Source: Lytechinus pictus (taxonomy: Eukaryota). Taken from it: DNA of 64,000 nt. The stretch's first letter is position 1. Each line of letters begins with the position of its first letter. This document shows positions 1 to 12,704 of the stretch, piece after piece. A model generated the notes under the pieces. That model was given only the letters and a program-made list of their open reading frames with translations, was not told where the DNA came from and did not search any database. Location of the stretch: contig NC_087263.1 in NCBI RefSeq assembly GCF_037042905.1, forward strand, positions 7,938,001 through 8,002,000, written 5' to 3'. Both the position numbers and the translations under genes were made by a program.

Positions 1-425
1 AATCAGCGCCACCTAAATCTAAATCGGGGCCGGACAAGAATAATCAGCGCCATCTGGTTATAAATCGGCGCTGCCTGAGTCGTAACCGGCGCCGATCAAG
101 AATAATCAGCTCCACCTAAATCTAAATCGGCGCCGGACAAGAATAATCAGCACCACCTGGTTAAAATTAAATCGGCGCCAGTCAAGAATAATCGGCGCCT
201 CCTGGTTCTAAATCGGCGCCAGTCAATTATGAATTGCCGCTGCCTGAATCTTACGTGACGTCGGTAAAAGTAATCAGCACTTCTTGTTCTAAATCGGCGC
301 CGGTCAAGAATAATCAGCGTCCCCTGGTTCCAATAAATAGGCGCCGGTAGAATAATGAAGAAGGGCCTATTGCCAACCAAATCTAGATCGGCGCCGGTCA
401 AGAATGATCAGCAGCACCTGGTTAT
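1..425. repeat. Degenerate ~41-bp tandem repeat with ~20-bp AATCRGCGCC sub-repeat
   Basis: Unit approx AATCAGCGCCACCTGGTTCTAAATCGGCGCCGGTCAAGAAT, starting at 1 and again at 42; runs off the left edge of the window. Confidence 0.85.
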
Positions 426-859
426 ACATTTTGTTGTTGAATGGTCATAACAAAGCTTATCGCATGCCCTTACAGAATGGACTGGGGCGGGGCAGGTGCC
501 CACAGAATGACAGATGTCATGAAATCTTTAATTTATTTTAAAAATCCCAGAATCATACAAAAGCGTAGAGCAAATCCTTTAATTTTGATCTTATTTTCTA
601 ATGCTTTAATAAAAAGAAGGTCAGTCACTTTCTTCTTTACACATTCCACATTGTGCCACCTCTATGGCCTTTAGTTTAAGACAGCTACTATAGTGTTTTA
701 TGAAGATGATTCGATATTTTAGCCCAAAACTTTGCTAAAACCCGTTGCTAGTACCGGGAGTGTATAATTACGCAACCAGTCGTATATTGAGATTGAGCTA
801 CACAACTCGTTCTTTATTTAAAATCGTGCTTAAATTATCCGCTTCTCAGATTGGAATAT

Positions 860-1487
860 AAAAAATTTTAGCTCGCGCTTCGCGCTCGCATCATTTATGT
901 AGCAAAACCCCATACTTTTCATGATTAAATAGGTGAATAGAATGTCCCTTTTTCAGGACTAAACGTCAAAAGAACTCCCGCTTCGATTTGCAATAATCTT
1001 TTGCTGGATATAATCTTGTTCTTTATTACAAACGTCCATTAAACTGTCCTTTTTTTTAAGATCGAAATATCAAAATTTTAAGCTCGCGCTCGCTTCTATT
1101 GTTTTTTTAGATACCCATCTTAATCATTGGTACCAAAAATGCATAGAACATCAAGCTTTCTGGTCAATATATAAAGAAAGTTCAGCTCGCCCTCGGAACT
1201 CGCATTATCTGTGTAGTGAGATATGTATCCTCCTCATGAGTTACTACAAACACTCCTAAACAGGCACCTTTTTCTTGTTTTCAGGTCAGTATACTAAAAA
1301 ATTTCAGCTCGCGCTTCGCGCTCGCATTAATTTGTTGGTGAGATATGTGTTTTTATCTCATGAGTCATATAAATATATATATATGCATATGTGTGTGTGT
1401 GTTTGTGTGAGTTTGTTTGATATCGAGCGCCTTTGGAAAGTTGATTCATGATTTTGCCCCCCAAATCTTAAAAAAGGATCGACGCCC

Positions 1488-1490
<3 letters not shown>
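860..1490. mobile_element. Repeat with recurring AAAATTTCAGCTCGCGCTTCGCGCTCGCA motif and a hAT-like end
   Basis: Motif recurs near 865, 1075, 1180 and 1300; ends GGATCGACGCCCCTG (reverse complement CAGGGGCG...) next to (TA)n at ~1493-1524. Confidence 0.55.
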
Positions 1491-1528
<38 letters not shown>

Positions 1529-2305
1529 CATACAGTAAAAAAAACTTGTATCTCTATTAATATACAAAAGTATTGGCCTCATCGCAATAAAAGGGTTAAT
1601 ACACGAGATTTTGAAATCGCACATAACATGCATAATTTGTGTTACTTTTTGCTTGTTTCTTTCTTTAATAAGTTTTTCAATCTCTCTCTATATATGTTTT
1701 AAAAAGATTATATGTTTAAATTGATATATATTTCTGTTATAATGAGATATGTTTAAGTGGACTTCACGGAATGGTCGTACGCAGCAAGGGGGAAGGGGGG
1801 GGGGGCACATTCGCGATCTGCTGTTGTGAAAAACAATTTTTTTCCCCTTAACATTTCATGAAAACTATGAAAATTGTGCAAATGTGAGATGTGCACCAAA
1901 TTTTCGAGTCTTGCCCCCCCCCCCGGAAATATTATCTGCGTGTGGTCATGCAAAATGGCATGACTGGAAATCATACATTTTGAAAAGAGCATTTGACAGG
2001 GTCAGACTTTACCCCTTATTCAACATTTTCTTTTATGGCGCCGGTGAAGTGCAAAAATATGTGCGCCGCTCGGCAGTGCGCCCCCCCCCCCTTTCGCCAA
2101 AAGCTGGATCCGCCTATGGAGACATTTTTTCCGCATTACCAACTTTTCCAAAAGGGCAGATAGCTCTGGGGAACCTTGATTTAAGCTACGTCTATCATTG
2201 TTCCCCTACCGTAATCGCTTTGGATGATAAGGTACTTTCCGAGGTCGATAAAATAGGTCAACTCTCAGGTGTGCATTTCCATTGCTGCATATACATGTAT
2301 ATATC

Positions 2306-3066
2306 CAGAGTGAGTCAGAAAAAATGTCCTACTTTTGTAAAGTTGAATTGTTTAAAATATGAATAATTATTCATTCGTTTCATAATATGTCTTGATAGAA
2401 GTATCCTCCAAGTACATTCAGGTACATGTACCATTTTCATTTGATCCCGTGCACGCATGACTGAACATCAGACAATCTTTAGGAGACTGTCAGATCTCAC
2501 TTGCGCCAAGTTACTGGGTGATGAATAAAACAGTGCTTTAGACAACGACAGTCAGACAGACAGACTGGCATGCTCACACACACACACACACACACACCCT
2601 AACACACACAACACACATGGTAATAACTGGTTCATAATTTTCTCTTTTCTGATTAAGCATTGATTTTTAGCAAGATCGCTAAATGTTTAAGTGGCAATTC
2701 CCGACAATCTTTCCCCTTAAAACACATTCACTACCACCATCATATCATCATCATCATCCTCATTGTCATCATCTTGATCTTGATCTTGATCTTCATCATC
2801 ATCATCAAGTGCACATAAATCCAATATGCTGGTTATGTCTTTTGTTGGTTAACAATGAAAATTTACAATGGATGTCTGTGCTTTTGTTGCACTTGCCTAT
2901 AAAAGGGTTTGCCTGATTTGGCAGCTGCCAGTGCGTGTGCATGTGTGTGTGTTTGTGTGTGCGTACGTGTGTGTGTTTGTGTGTGTATGTGTTTCATTCT
3001 GTCGGACTGTCTTTGTTCAAAAGAATGTTTTATTCCCCACCCTGTAACTTGGCGCAAGTGAGATCT
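2306..3066. mobile_element. Tc1/mariner-like MITE with truncated right arm
   Basis: Starts CAGAGTGAGTCAGAAAAAA. 2492-2617 is an inverted repeat of ~2935-3066 (AGATCTCACTTGCGCCAAGTTAC exact; (CA)n versus (GT)n). The right arm stops where the tRNA-bearing repeat begins. Confidence 0.6.
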
Positions 3067-3167
3067 AGTGTGAAAGAAATGGATAAAGAGAACAATGGTA
3101 GGCGTAGCTTAAATCAAGGTTCCCCAGAGCTATATACCCTTTGGAAAAATTGGTGATGCCGAAAAAA

Positions 3168-3239
3168 TGTCTCTGCCGGGAATCGAACCCGGGCCCTCAG
3201 CTTTGAACGCCGGTGACTTAACCACTAGACCACAGAGAC
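3168..3239 (-). tRNA. tRNA-like cloverleaf with TCA anticodon, probably repeat-borne or pseudo
   Basis: Minus strand GTCTCTG TG GTCT AGTGGTTA AGTC A CCGGC GTTCAAA GCTGA GGGC CCGGG TTCGATT CCCGG CAGAGAC A then TTTTTT. Acceptor and T stems perfect, A and B boxes present, one mismatch each in the D and anticodon stems. Confidence 0.55.
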
Positions 3240-3340
3240 GGGTTAGTGGATAGGGCGACTCCGATCCTATTGACCGTCAGATAAACAGATTTTCGATTTT
3301 AGATAATGTCTCACATTTATATATATATATATATATATAT

Positions 3341-4264
3341 CGTCGCCGAATCCACGAAGTGGCACACGCGACCGTTGATGCGCGAAATCACTTTTCGAGA
3401 TAAACGCGATTAAAGATTTTTACATTTTCAATAGCCAGTTGCTATAGGATTGCGAAGTTTAACAGACTGATAACGAATGCACATACCACTAGCCAGGTAT
3501 TTTCTCCTGCTTCCCATGTAAAAAAAAATATCGAATGAACATCAAATCTTGACATAGCAGTGATTCAAACACAAGCATGCGAATTCGTGGATTATTCTAC
3601 AATGGATTTTGAGGCTAGTGTCGTTTTTTTCACTTTTAATTAATTATCTCATTAATTACAGAGAATTTGGTTCTAAAATGTCGGTGAAATGATAGAACAT
3701 AGCCAAGGCATACTAAAGCTGAAAGATACTTGAAATTGAATCCTAAAACAGAAAGATACTCAAAATTTACTTTTCACGTGATATTGGGACGTTGTGCCAC
3801 TTCGTGGATTCAGCGACGTCACATAATCCATGAAGTGGCACACGCGATAGCTGATGCGCGTAATCACTATTCGAGATAAACGCGAATAAAGATTTTCACA
3901 TTTTCAACTGCCCACTGCTATATGATTGTGAAGTTTAACAGAATGAAGAATGCACATACCAAGAGCCAGGTATCTACTGCTGCATTCCATGTTAAAAATG
4001 TATCGAATGAACATCAAATTTTGACGTAGCGTGATTCAAACACAAGTGTCGTTTTGTGCGTAGAAACGGCGCGCACCTGTGTGCCACTTCGTGGATTTTA
4101 AGGCTTGTGTCGCTTTTTCACTTTGATTATCTCATTAATTAGAAAGAATTGGGTTTTAAATTTCGGTGAAATAATAGACTTGAGAATACTAAAACTGAAA
4201 GAAACTAAAAATTGACTTTTCACGTGATTTTGGGACGTTGTGCCACTTCGTGGATTCAGCGACG
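3341..4264. mobile_element. Head-to-tail dimer of a TIR element inside (TA)n
   Basis: 26-bp TIR CGTCGC(C/T)GAATCCACGAAGTGGCACA at both ends; two homologous units (3341-3818 and ~3817-4264); (TA)n on both flanks. Superfamily not assigned. Confidence 0.85.
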
Positions 4265-4421
4265 ATATATATATATCTCTATATATGTATATCTAATACA
4301 TATATACATTTACATACAAATACATTGTTTCTTTATTATGTACGCTTTTGTCTTTTTTATTGTGAATTTCGGAGAATAAATAAATACAAATAAAAAATGC
4401 CGTATAGTGCAATCAATAACA

Positions 4422-4660
4422 AGGGGCCGTTCTGGTGCATTGGTCATGAATCCGATCTCCCACTGAGAGGGAATGGGTTCAAATCCCACTCAAGGCGTCA
4501 GTTACCCTCAGCAAGGAGGTTATCCATTGTGTGCTGCACTTAACCCTGGTAAGGCGAATGGTGAATGAGCAGGTATATGTTCCTTGAAACGTATAGTGTA
4601 CGTGACAGATGCACTGCCAAATAATGATTATGCTGCATTAATGTAGAGCGCTTTAGACTT
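4422..4660 (+). mobile_element. Degenerate tRNA-derived SINE
   Basis: B box GGTTCAAATCCC, core CTCAGCAAGG...AACCCTGGT, AGAGCGCTTTAGA tail motif as in the 8285 copy. Confidence 0.6.
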
Positions 4661-5103
4661 CCGTCTGATAAACTAAGTTTAAAGGCAAAAATTCATGTAA
4701 GGCATTTCGCTTTAAAAAATCTGAGCTACAAGGCCCTACTTATCACCTATGTCTGTGATATTATAAAAATGAAACAAGAAAAATCACGGCCGAAAGTAAT
4801 TAGTCAGTGCTTCAAGACTGAAGTGAAATATAAAGTGACCAGAAACACTATCTTAATCTTATCCCATACCCTGAAATGTGATATATTCATGTCCACCGGG
4901 AATGTATTAAATGACGACTTTCAATCGTAGATATCTTAAAAGTGTCTGCACGAATATGATATTCATATTCTTCCTGGGTTTATTTTCATTCAACTGAACA
5001 CAACATGAATCGATGTTCAGTATCTTTTTTTTTTTAATATGAACTTTGAGATGTTATAAGCTATGCGTATTCTTATCAACAGTATTAAAGTCCATGTTCT
5101 TAA

Positions 5104-5705
5104 AGGTCAAGTCCACCCCCCAAAAATGTTGATTTGAATAAACAAAGAAAAATCAAACCAACATAATGCTGAAAATTTGATCAAAATCGGATGTAAAATA
5201 AGAAAGTTACGACATTTTAAAGTTCGCTTATTTTTCACAAAACAATTGTATGCACAACTCAGTGGCATGCACATGAGAGAGTCGATGATGTCCATCACTC
5301 ACTATTTCTATTGTTTTTTTATTGTTTGAATTAAACAATATTTAAATTTTTAACAATATGACATCAAGGACCAACTTAACTGAACCATAGAATGTTATAA
5401 CAATGGTAATGCCACATGTTCAGGGAGGAATAACACTTTGTTTCACAGGACAATGATGAGAAAATTAGAATATTTCATATTTCATATAATAAAATACAAA
5501 ATAAATAGTGAGTGAGTGATGTCATCAGTCCCCTCATTTACATACTGACCATGATGTGCATATAACTGTTCTGTGAAATAAAGCGAAACTTTAAAATGTC
5601 ATAACTTTCTTATTTTACATCCGATTTTGATGAAATTTTCAGTGTTATGCTTGTTGGATTTTTTTTCTTTTAAAATCAACTTTCTTTTGGGGATGGACTT
5701 GTCCT
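5104..5705. mobile_element. Kolobok-like MITE (TTAA TSD)
   Basis: TTAA|AGGTCAAGTCCACCCC ... GGATGGACTTGTCCT|TTAA with long imperfect inverted arms; second copy at 32535-33138. Confidence 0.85.
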
Positions 5706-6399
5706 TTAAATTACACACCCGAAGAATCAAAGGTATTTTATATTGACTTTTTGTGGTCATCATTGTAAAGGGGAAGTATTATTAATCATATATATAACTT
5801 CACTTGTTAAAATAGTGATTAGAGTTTGCAGAAATCAGCTCTCAAAAATGACTAATTTTCATGGCATATTTCTGCCTTCATCGGTCCTCTATCTATTCTT
5901 CACTTATTTATCTTTTCATTTATTAGTCTATTTATTTAATCAATCATTTAACAACCCATCTATTTACCTAATTCTAATTTTAAAGGGTATTGATTCACCG
6001 GTGATTTTTCAGTCTTACATCACGTTCCCGGGGCCCTGAATTATAATAATAATAATAAGTATGATAACAACAACAACGATAATTTATTTATTTATTAAAA
6101 AATCTTTATACAGGATGAACATGTTCAGATGATATATATATACTGTTTTTTAACATGGTCCTGTCGACAGGACATACAGAAAAAATGCATTAAACAATTC
6201 AAATTCAGATATCGTAGATAAAAAAATGAGTGACATAGGTATCAACAAACATAATATACGTAAAAAAACATTTGATACATGTGCACTGGGTGATGAATAC
6301 CACATTGAAAGTTGAAAACATAAACCGGCATAGAAATGTATAGAATGGTGAGCGGAGAGGGTGTTACGAGGAGGGTGTTTTCTTATATTTCCTTATAAA

Positions 6400-6564
6400 T
6401 GATGATGATGATAATAATGATAATAATATTATGATAACTACTACCACTACTACTACTTCTACTACTATTACTACTACTCCCGCTACTACTATTAAAACTT
6501 CTACTTCTACTACTACGACTACTACTCCTGCAGCTGCTATTAAAACTTCTACTTCTACTACTAC

Positions 6565-6605
<41 letters not shown>

Positions 6606-6672
6606 ACAATAATAATACTATTACTACTACTACTACCACTACTACTACTATAACCACTACTACTACTGCTAC
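6400..6672. repeat. (ACT)n/(AAT)n trinucleotide microsatellite
   Basis: Direct inspection; abuts the 3' tail of the minus-strand SINE. Confidence 0.95.
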
Positions 6673-7253
6673 TATAGCGCTAATGAAATGTTTCTACGCG
6701 CTGGATCATACTATTCCAGCTTTAGCAGGGCTACCCTGGTCGGGAGCTGGAGCAGTCAAGGCACTAGCGTACCTACGGGGGGGGGGGGGGGGCAGGGGGG
6801 CAGTCTGCCCCCCTGACGAGCCACAACCCATGCATAGGACGTATCCCTGCCCCCCTGACGAGCTTGAAAGACCTTCCCCCCCCCCCCTGACGAGCTTGAA
6901 GACCTTTATTGCCCCCCTGACGAGCTTGAATACTTTTTTTTTTTTTTTTTTTTTGCTTTTCAATTTTTTTCTGGTACAAAATCCTTTATTTGATTGAAGA
7001 CTTTTTTTTTTTTTTTTTGCTTGTCAATTTTTTTGGCGGACGGTTTTGCCCCCCCCCCCCTGTGGAAAATCCTAGGTACGCCACTGAGTCAAGGCGTTCC
7101 TTCCTATACTGGGTAGGCCTACCCATTTACTACACCTGGATGGAGAATGGCAAGATAAATGCCTCGCTAAAGGACGATAATTCTGGAGTCGGATTTGACC
7201 TCGGGACCCTCTGGTTCTAAGTCCGGAGACTTATCCATAAAGCCACAACACCC
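6673..7253 (-). mobile_element. tRNA-derived SINE interrupted by a hAT-like MITE
   Basis: Minus strand GGGTGTTGTGGC...GGTCAAATCC head, CCAGGTGTAGTAAATGGGTA core, GCGCTATA tail; split at 6762-7086. Confidence 0.75.
6762..7086 (+). mobile_element. hAT-like MITE family A, copy 1
   Basis: Ends CACTAGCGTACCTA / TAGGTACGCCACTG; exact 8-bp TSD AGTCAAGG (6754-6761, 7087-7094). Confidence 0.92.
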
Positions 7254-8284
7254 TAGTTACTCAAACATCCTAGTTACTACGGCAGTGAACAAAGCGTTAT
7301 AATATGGATATTTTTCTCCGTAGAACGTAGGAACGAGATATTTTAAAAGACAAACCACCAAATTGAAAAAAAGTCTGCACATTGACCTCGCTGGAACTGA
7401 GAATAAAACATTGTTCTGCTTTGTGGAAAAACAAGGGGCCCCACAAATAAATTAAAGTTTGTTTAAAAAACGAAACCTTGTTCTCATTGTTTTAGGTCAT
7501 CAAGATGCAAATATTCGATAAATCGATGAAATGTTGTGTTTGGTACCAATTCAACTTGACCATTCTTAGTTCATTTCTATGTGTTCATATCTTTCAGTGC
7601 CCTTTCTGTTAGTGCCATTACCACAAAGCTGCCAAAAGCACCAGTATCCTTCCGTTTCCACTTTCATTAGACCAGATTTTTTTGTCCTTGCCCTACACAA
7701 GGAATGCATGAAAAATCATACAAGCAACTGTTGGTACCATTCTTAATTTGTACTCTCATAGTATCTGAAATGTCTCTCCTTATATGAGAGGCTTATAATT
7801 TATCAAATGTCTAAGATTTCTTTCTCATTTAATATCTCACAATTTTTGGTATGTATCTTGAATTCTTGATAACTTGATTTTCTAATATTTTGCAGTACAT
7901 AATTTATGTTCGAATACTTTATGTTTACTGAAATTTTATGTTTCACCTTTGTAAAATTAGTTACCATTCCCTATTCCGAGTATAGCTATTGATTTAGTCA
8001 TGTCACAAGCCTTTTCTTTGAGTGTTTGTTTCTTGATCTATCATTTTACTTTCTATTGCTTTGCCATATGTTCCCATTTTCAATATTTACATTGATTTTC
8101 TATTCCTACATAAATTCAATTTGTATCTAAGAAGCATATTCTTAATCGAATTATACTTTGGGTATGCATCTTGATTATCCGATTTTCTTATCATTTGTTA
8201 CATACTTACTCTTGTCATTTTTTATTATACACGAACGTGAACACAATCCAGGTCATGTTCTTCATTTCCTTACATTTCCTTCCT

Positions 8285-8626
8285 GGAAGCGCCTTGGTGT
8301 AGCGGTTCTGACTCTCGCCTTGTAATCAGAGGGTCGTGTGTTCGAATCCCGCCATGGCTTAGCGTCTTTTGGCAAGGCGTCAATCCACAAATTGCCACTC
8401 TCCACCAAGGTGTTAAATGGGTACTCGGTAGGATGCGAAAGCCTATGTAGTATGCCTAGCAATTGAGTCTTGGAACTCTTGTTGGAATGCTCCCCAGGGA
8501 GTGGAGAAGGTGCATACATTGTATGCGGGCATGCAAGGATCCGATGACCGGGGTAATAATATATCTGTAAAGCGCTTAGAGACGTCTTTTCGATGTGTTA
8601 AGCGCTATATAAATGCGGCATATTAA
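8285..8626 (+). mobile_element. Near full-length tRNA-derived SINE
   Basis: A box TGGTGTAGCGG, B box GTTCGAATCCC, core GGCAAGGC...CTCTCCACCAAGGTGTTAAATGGGTAC, tail AAAGCGCTTAGAGAC...TAAGCGCTATATAAAT. Confidence 0.9.
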
Positions 8627-11161
8627 CACAAAATTTCTTTCTAAAAATTCAACCAATTGCTCTACCGCTTTTTTTTCTAAATTGATAAACGATTAATTGC
8701 TGGTTTGATCGAATTTATATTCTTTCTTTGTTTGATGGGATAACCAAGTTTTTATTTAGTTTCTTTTTATATTACAATGGAGATTGGTTCTAACTTCTAA
8801 ATTAGAAGTTAGAATGTAATTACACGTTTACATATATATATAAATGTGTGAAGTTATACATGTACAACATGTAAACCAATTTTTCCAAAGGGTAGATTAG
8901 ATAGCTCTGGGGGACCTTGATTTAAGCTACGCCTACCATTGTTCTCTTCATCCATTTCTTTCACACAATATATATATATATATTTCTATTTTACGCTATT
9001 CTATGTAGGCACCAGCCAAATGTGGAGAACCCGGTCTCGACAAATTTTAGTAAATTCTTTTAGGTGATCCCCAGGCATTGGCTAGTGCTCAATTTTATAT
9101 TTGTCTTGTAATGTTTGTATTACATCTGTCATGTTTTGTTATTACCTTGCCTAGAAATAAAATAGATAATACATTTAAAAAAATCAATCAATAAATAAAA
9201 TGTTTGATTCATCTGCGCACAATTATTTGAAAGGAAGTTTAGTGCACAAATACATGATTGATAATTCCTTTTAAAGGGGGAGCGAACTCAACAACTCTGT
9301 GAGTTGTCTTCATTGATTGAGTGTTATAAAAATGGGGAGTATCAAAATATGTCTTATGAGAACCAAAATACAGACGTTGAATAAGCCTGTAATTTCATTT
9401 GTGTAAGAAGTTAAAATATTTTGGAGCCGCGCCTAAGTTGCTACTCGGTAACATAGATATCGTGCGTTGTATGAATTTCTTGAGTTGTGGAATAGTGTGA
9501 TAAGATTCAAGTGGGTCTATATTACACATGTTACAAGACATTGCATCAAGACTGTTAGGGGTGTTCTTTTTATTTGGCCACCAGTCAATTGGTCTATTTT
9601 CGGTATCATAAATATTATAATATTATTCACTTTTGTTTTCTTTGAAACAAAAAATATATTACTTTGTATGCCCATTAAAGCCTACTCCCACACACTTACG
9701 CATTCTATAATAACGTTAATGCCCTCGGCCTGGAATAAGACTATTCCATTATATCAGATTTCTTCAAGAATGTAACCCGGATCTAAAGGTCATCTGAAGG
9801 TCAATGTTAAAAGTTAAAGAACAGACTCATGAACTCCTGCACGGTTTTTTAAGGGGGCGAGGGGGGGGGGCACTGAATTTATTTCCCTTGGCAGTATACC
9901 ACGTGGTAGGTATTTGAATTTCCAAAGTTTAACCTTTACCAACTGAAACCGCGGGTTGTCCCTGCATAAAGCCTGTATGAATAACATAATTCAACCGTCC
10001 TGGTGGAAGGGGTGGGGGAGGGGTTAACATAATCTAATAGGAAACTATATATTTGCATCAACGGGACCAACATTTATATTTTTATACTAAAGTCTACTCT
10101 CGTATTTGTTCTTTTGAGATGGAATTTTGTGTAAGTTATTTTTAATTATATTTCATCAAGAAAATTGCTTGCTAGGGTTAAAAGGTTTTCCTCCTTTCGT
10201 CCGACGTTGCCAGAAATTGAGAGGCAGAGAGTAAAGTATGTTTTTTTTTTTACATGTTGAAAATGTCGGTGTTTCCCGCTTGATAATGTATTTTGTAAGA
10301 GCATAGAGAGTGAAACATGACCTTGATAACCTTCATTGTGAGACCTCTTTCAAATAATACAGATATACATGCCATTCAAGAAGCTGATAACCTTTGCGAT
10401 ATCAAAGCTTTCCTTTCACTTCAGTGGGGGATTTCCCCCTTCTTTCACATTGCCCGATTTGAAAACCCCCAGAAAATAGCAAAAGCTTTGCAGGCAAGTT
10501 TTTCATTCTCTTGAGAAAATCCCCTTTCCATCATTTCTCTTTTTTATTGGGGGGGGGGGGGGTGGGTTCTTTTCCGGTTTTTTAATCTTCTCCTGAGTGC
10601 ATAACAGCTCGAAAACTTTTTGTGATCATACTATGTAAATCAATGTTTTGACATTAATGATAAAATTACTTCGAAATGGGTAAAACATAGTTATACTTTG
10701 GTGAAAGAGGCAAGAAAAGAAATGGGAATCACATAAAGAAAATATAAATTAAGTGGAAAGTGGAAAGAAAAAGATAAAATTAAAATGGAAAGAATATCAC
10801 GGAAAGAGGAGAAAAGAGAAGAAAAGGGAGATGACGAAGATGATAAAATATTGGTATTAATAATAAGACATACAAACGGCAGCAGCAGCAGCAGCAGTAG
10901 AAGTAATAATAGTAGCAGCATCAGCAGCAGCAGCAGTAGTAGTAGTAGCGGTAGTATATAGAAGTAGTAGTCGGAATACCAACATGTTGATAATCATGAT
11001 AATAGCACATATCACTGTCAAATGCGTCCCTAATATGCGCTTTTGAAGAAGACAGAAAAATACAGAAATTGGCAATAAATAATACAAAATCTTTATTTAA
11101 AGTATGTTTTCAAGAAGGATTTAAATTTGGGTGTTGAAGAGTTCTTTAGATATGATGGGGT

Positions 11162-11329
11162 CACTAGCGTACCTACGGGGGGGGGGGGGCAGAGGGGGCA
11201 GACTGTTCCCCCTGACGAGTCACAACCCATGCAAGGGACATATCCCTGCCCCCCCCTTTTTTTTTTTGCTTGTCAAATTTTTTGGCGGACGAATTTGCCC
11301 CCCTGTGGAAAATCCTAGGTACGCCACTG
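11162..11329 (+). mobile_element. hAT-like MITE family A, copy 2 (internally shorter)
   Basis: Same termini as copy 1; exact 8-bp TSD GATGGGGT (11154-11161, 11330-11337). Confidence 0.92.
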
Positions 11330-11561
11330 GATGGGGTGGTATTCCAAAGTGAAGGGGCAGCATGGACAGATGGGCAAATCAAGGAACGTTGTCCATAAAA
11401 CTCGGTCTGAAAACAAGGACGATGTAAAACATCCTTCTGTCATGTCTGTGCTGATCTAAAGCCCGTTTCACACAGTGCGATCCGATACGACGTTATTTTT
11501 TCACAAATCACATTTGCATTAAACGAGAGCCTGGACAAGCTGCTAAGTAGTCTTTGTATCT

Positions 11562-11761
11562 GAGAAGAAGAAGAACAAAAAGAAGAAGAAGGAGGAGGAG
11601 GAGAAGAAGTAGTAGTAGTAGTAGTAGTAGTATATTAGTAGTAGTAATAGCTGTAGTAGTACTACTACTAGTAGTAGTACTACTACTAGTAGTAGTACTA
11701 CTACTAGTAGTAGTAGTATTTGTAGTATACAAGTAGAAGCAGCAGCAATAGCAGCAGCAGC

Positions 11762-11826
<65 letters not shown>

Positions 11827-11841
11827 AAGTAGTAGTTAGTT

Positions 11842-11887
<46 letters not shown>

Positions 11888-11888
11888 A

Positions 11889-11974
<86 letters not shown>

Positions 11975-11975
11975 A
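11562..11975. repeat. Compound (AAG)/(GAG)/(TAG)n/(CAG) microsatellite
   Basis: Direct inspection; long near-pure (TAG)n run. Confidence 0.95.
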
Positions 11976-12704
11976 ACAAATAGGTTGGATGAGAATAATT
12001 AGTAGTAATAAAATAAAATCAAAATGTCTGAGTGTAAAACATGGAGGAATAAAAACTAAACCCACAAACAAAGAAACAATGAAATTCATGACCCTTATAG
12101 GGAGGCACAATTCCGGTCAGAGTCGTAGAATATGAGAGTCGAGCGTCATGTTGTAGACATAACTCAATTAATCGGAATAATCTCAAAAACTGCACGCATG
12201 AAAGGTAGTATTGCTAAATTGCCCTTTAAGTCCCAGCTGATATATTATCTCAAATTAGTTTCAATTGATCTTAAAACATGTAAAATGTCTGATCTGATGA
12301 CGGTCACGAAATCTTATATCAAGATCGTTAATTTTGATACAAAACTGTGAGATTAAAAGATTAGTAGCGTAAAGAGCAGAAATTCTTGAGGGGGCCAAAC
12401 ATAGTTTACGGGGGAAAATTCTAAAAATTTGTAAATTTGTATAATAGGAAAGTTGAATTTGTGATAGCTTTCGACAATATATTCAGAAAATTATAATTTT
12501 TAACCCCTTTCCCTTTGAATGTCTGACTTTTCTCCTTGGCGAAGATTTATATATAAATTTAAATATATATATATAGAATGGGGTGGGCGTGGCTCCCTCG
12601 AGCCCCTATTTTGAAGAAGGAACAAGGCTTCTTTAAGCACTTCAAGTCTCGATCCGATTGATGATCTCAAATGTCGCAAACGGCACTCAGCCTTTTTTTT
12701 GCAG

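Noticed and set aside
1884..2366. 160-aa ORF
   Set aside because: Crosses three unrelated repeat fragments and C-runs; no recognisable domain.
3168..3239. Selenocysteine tRNA
   Set aside because: Only 72 nt with a 4-nt variable loop and a 7/5 acceptor-T fold; tRNA-Sec needs a long variable arm and an extended acceptor stem.
6364..6997. Poly-Thr and poly-Val ORFs that look mucin-like
   Set aside because: They translate the (ACT)n microsatellite plus SINE and MITE sequence; no splice context.
7300..8270. Possible decayed coding or retroelement remnant on the minus strand
   Set aside because: T-rich strand bias is suggestive, but I found no convincing protein motif; needs tBLASTx against repeat proteins.
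11508..12110. 200-aa ORF with poly-T/Y/L runs
   Set aside because: Translation of the (TAG)n microsatellite.
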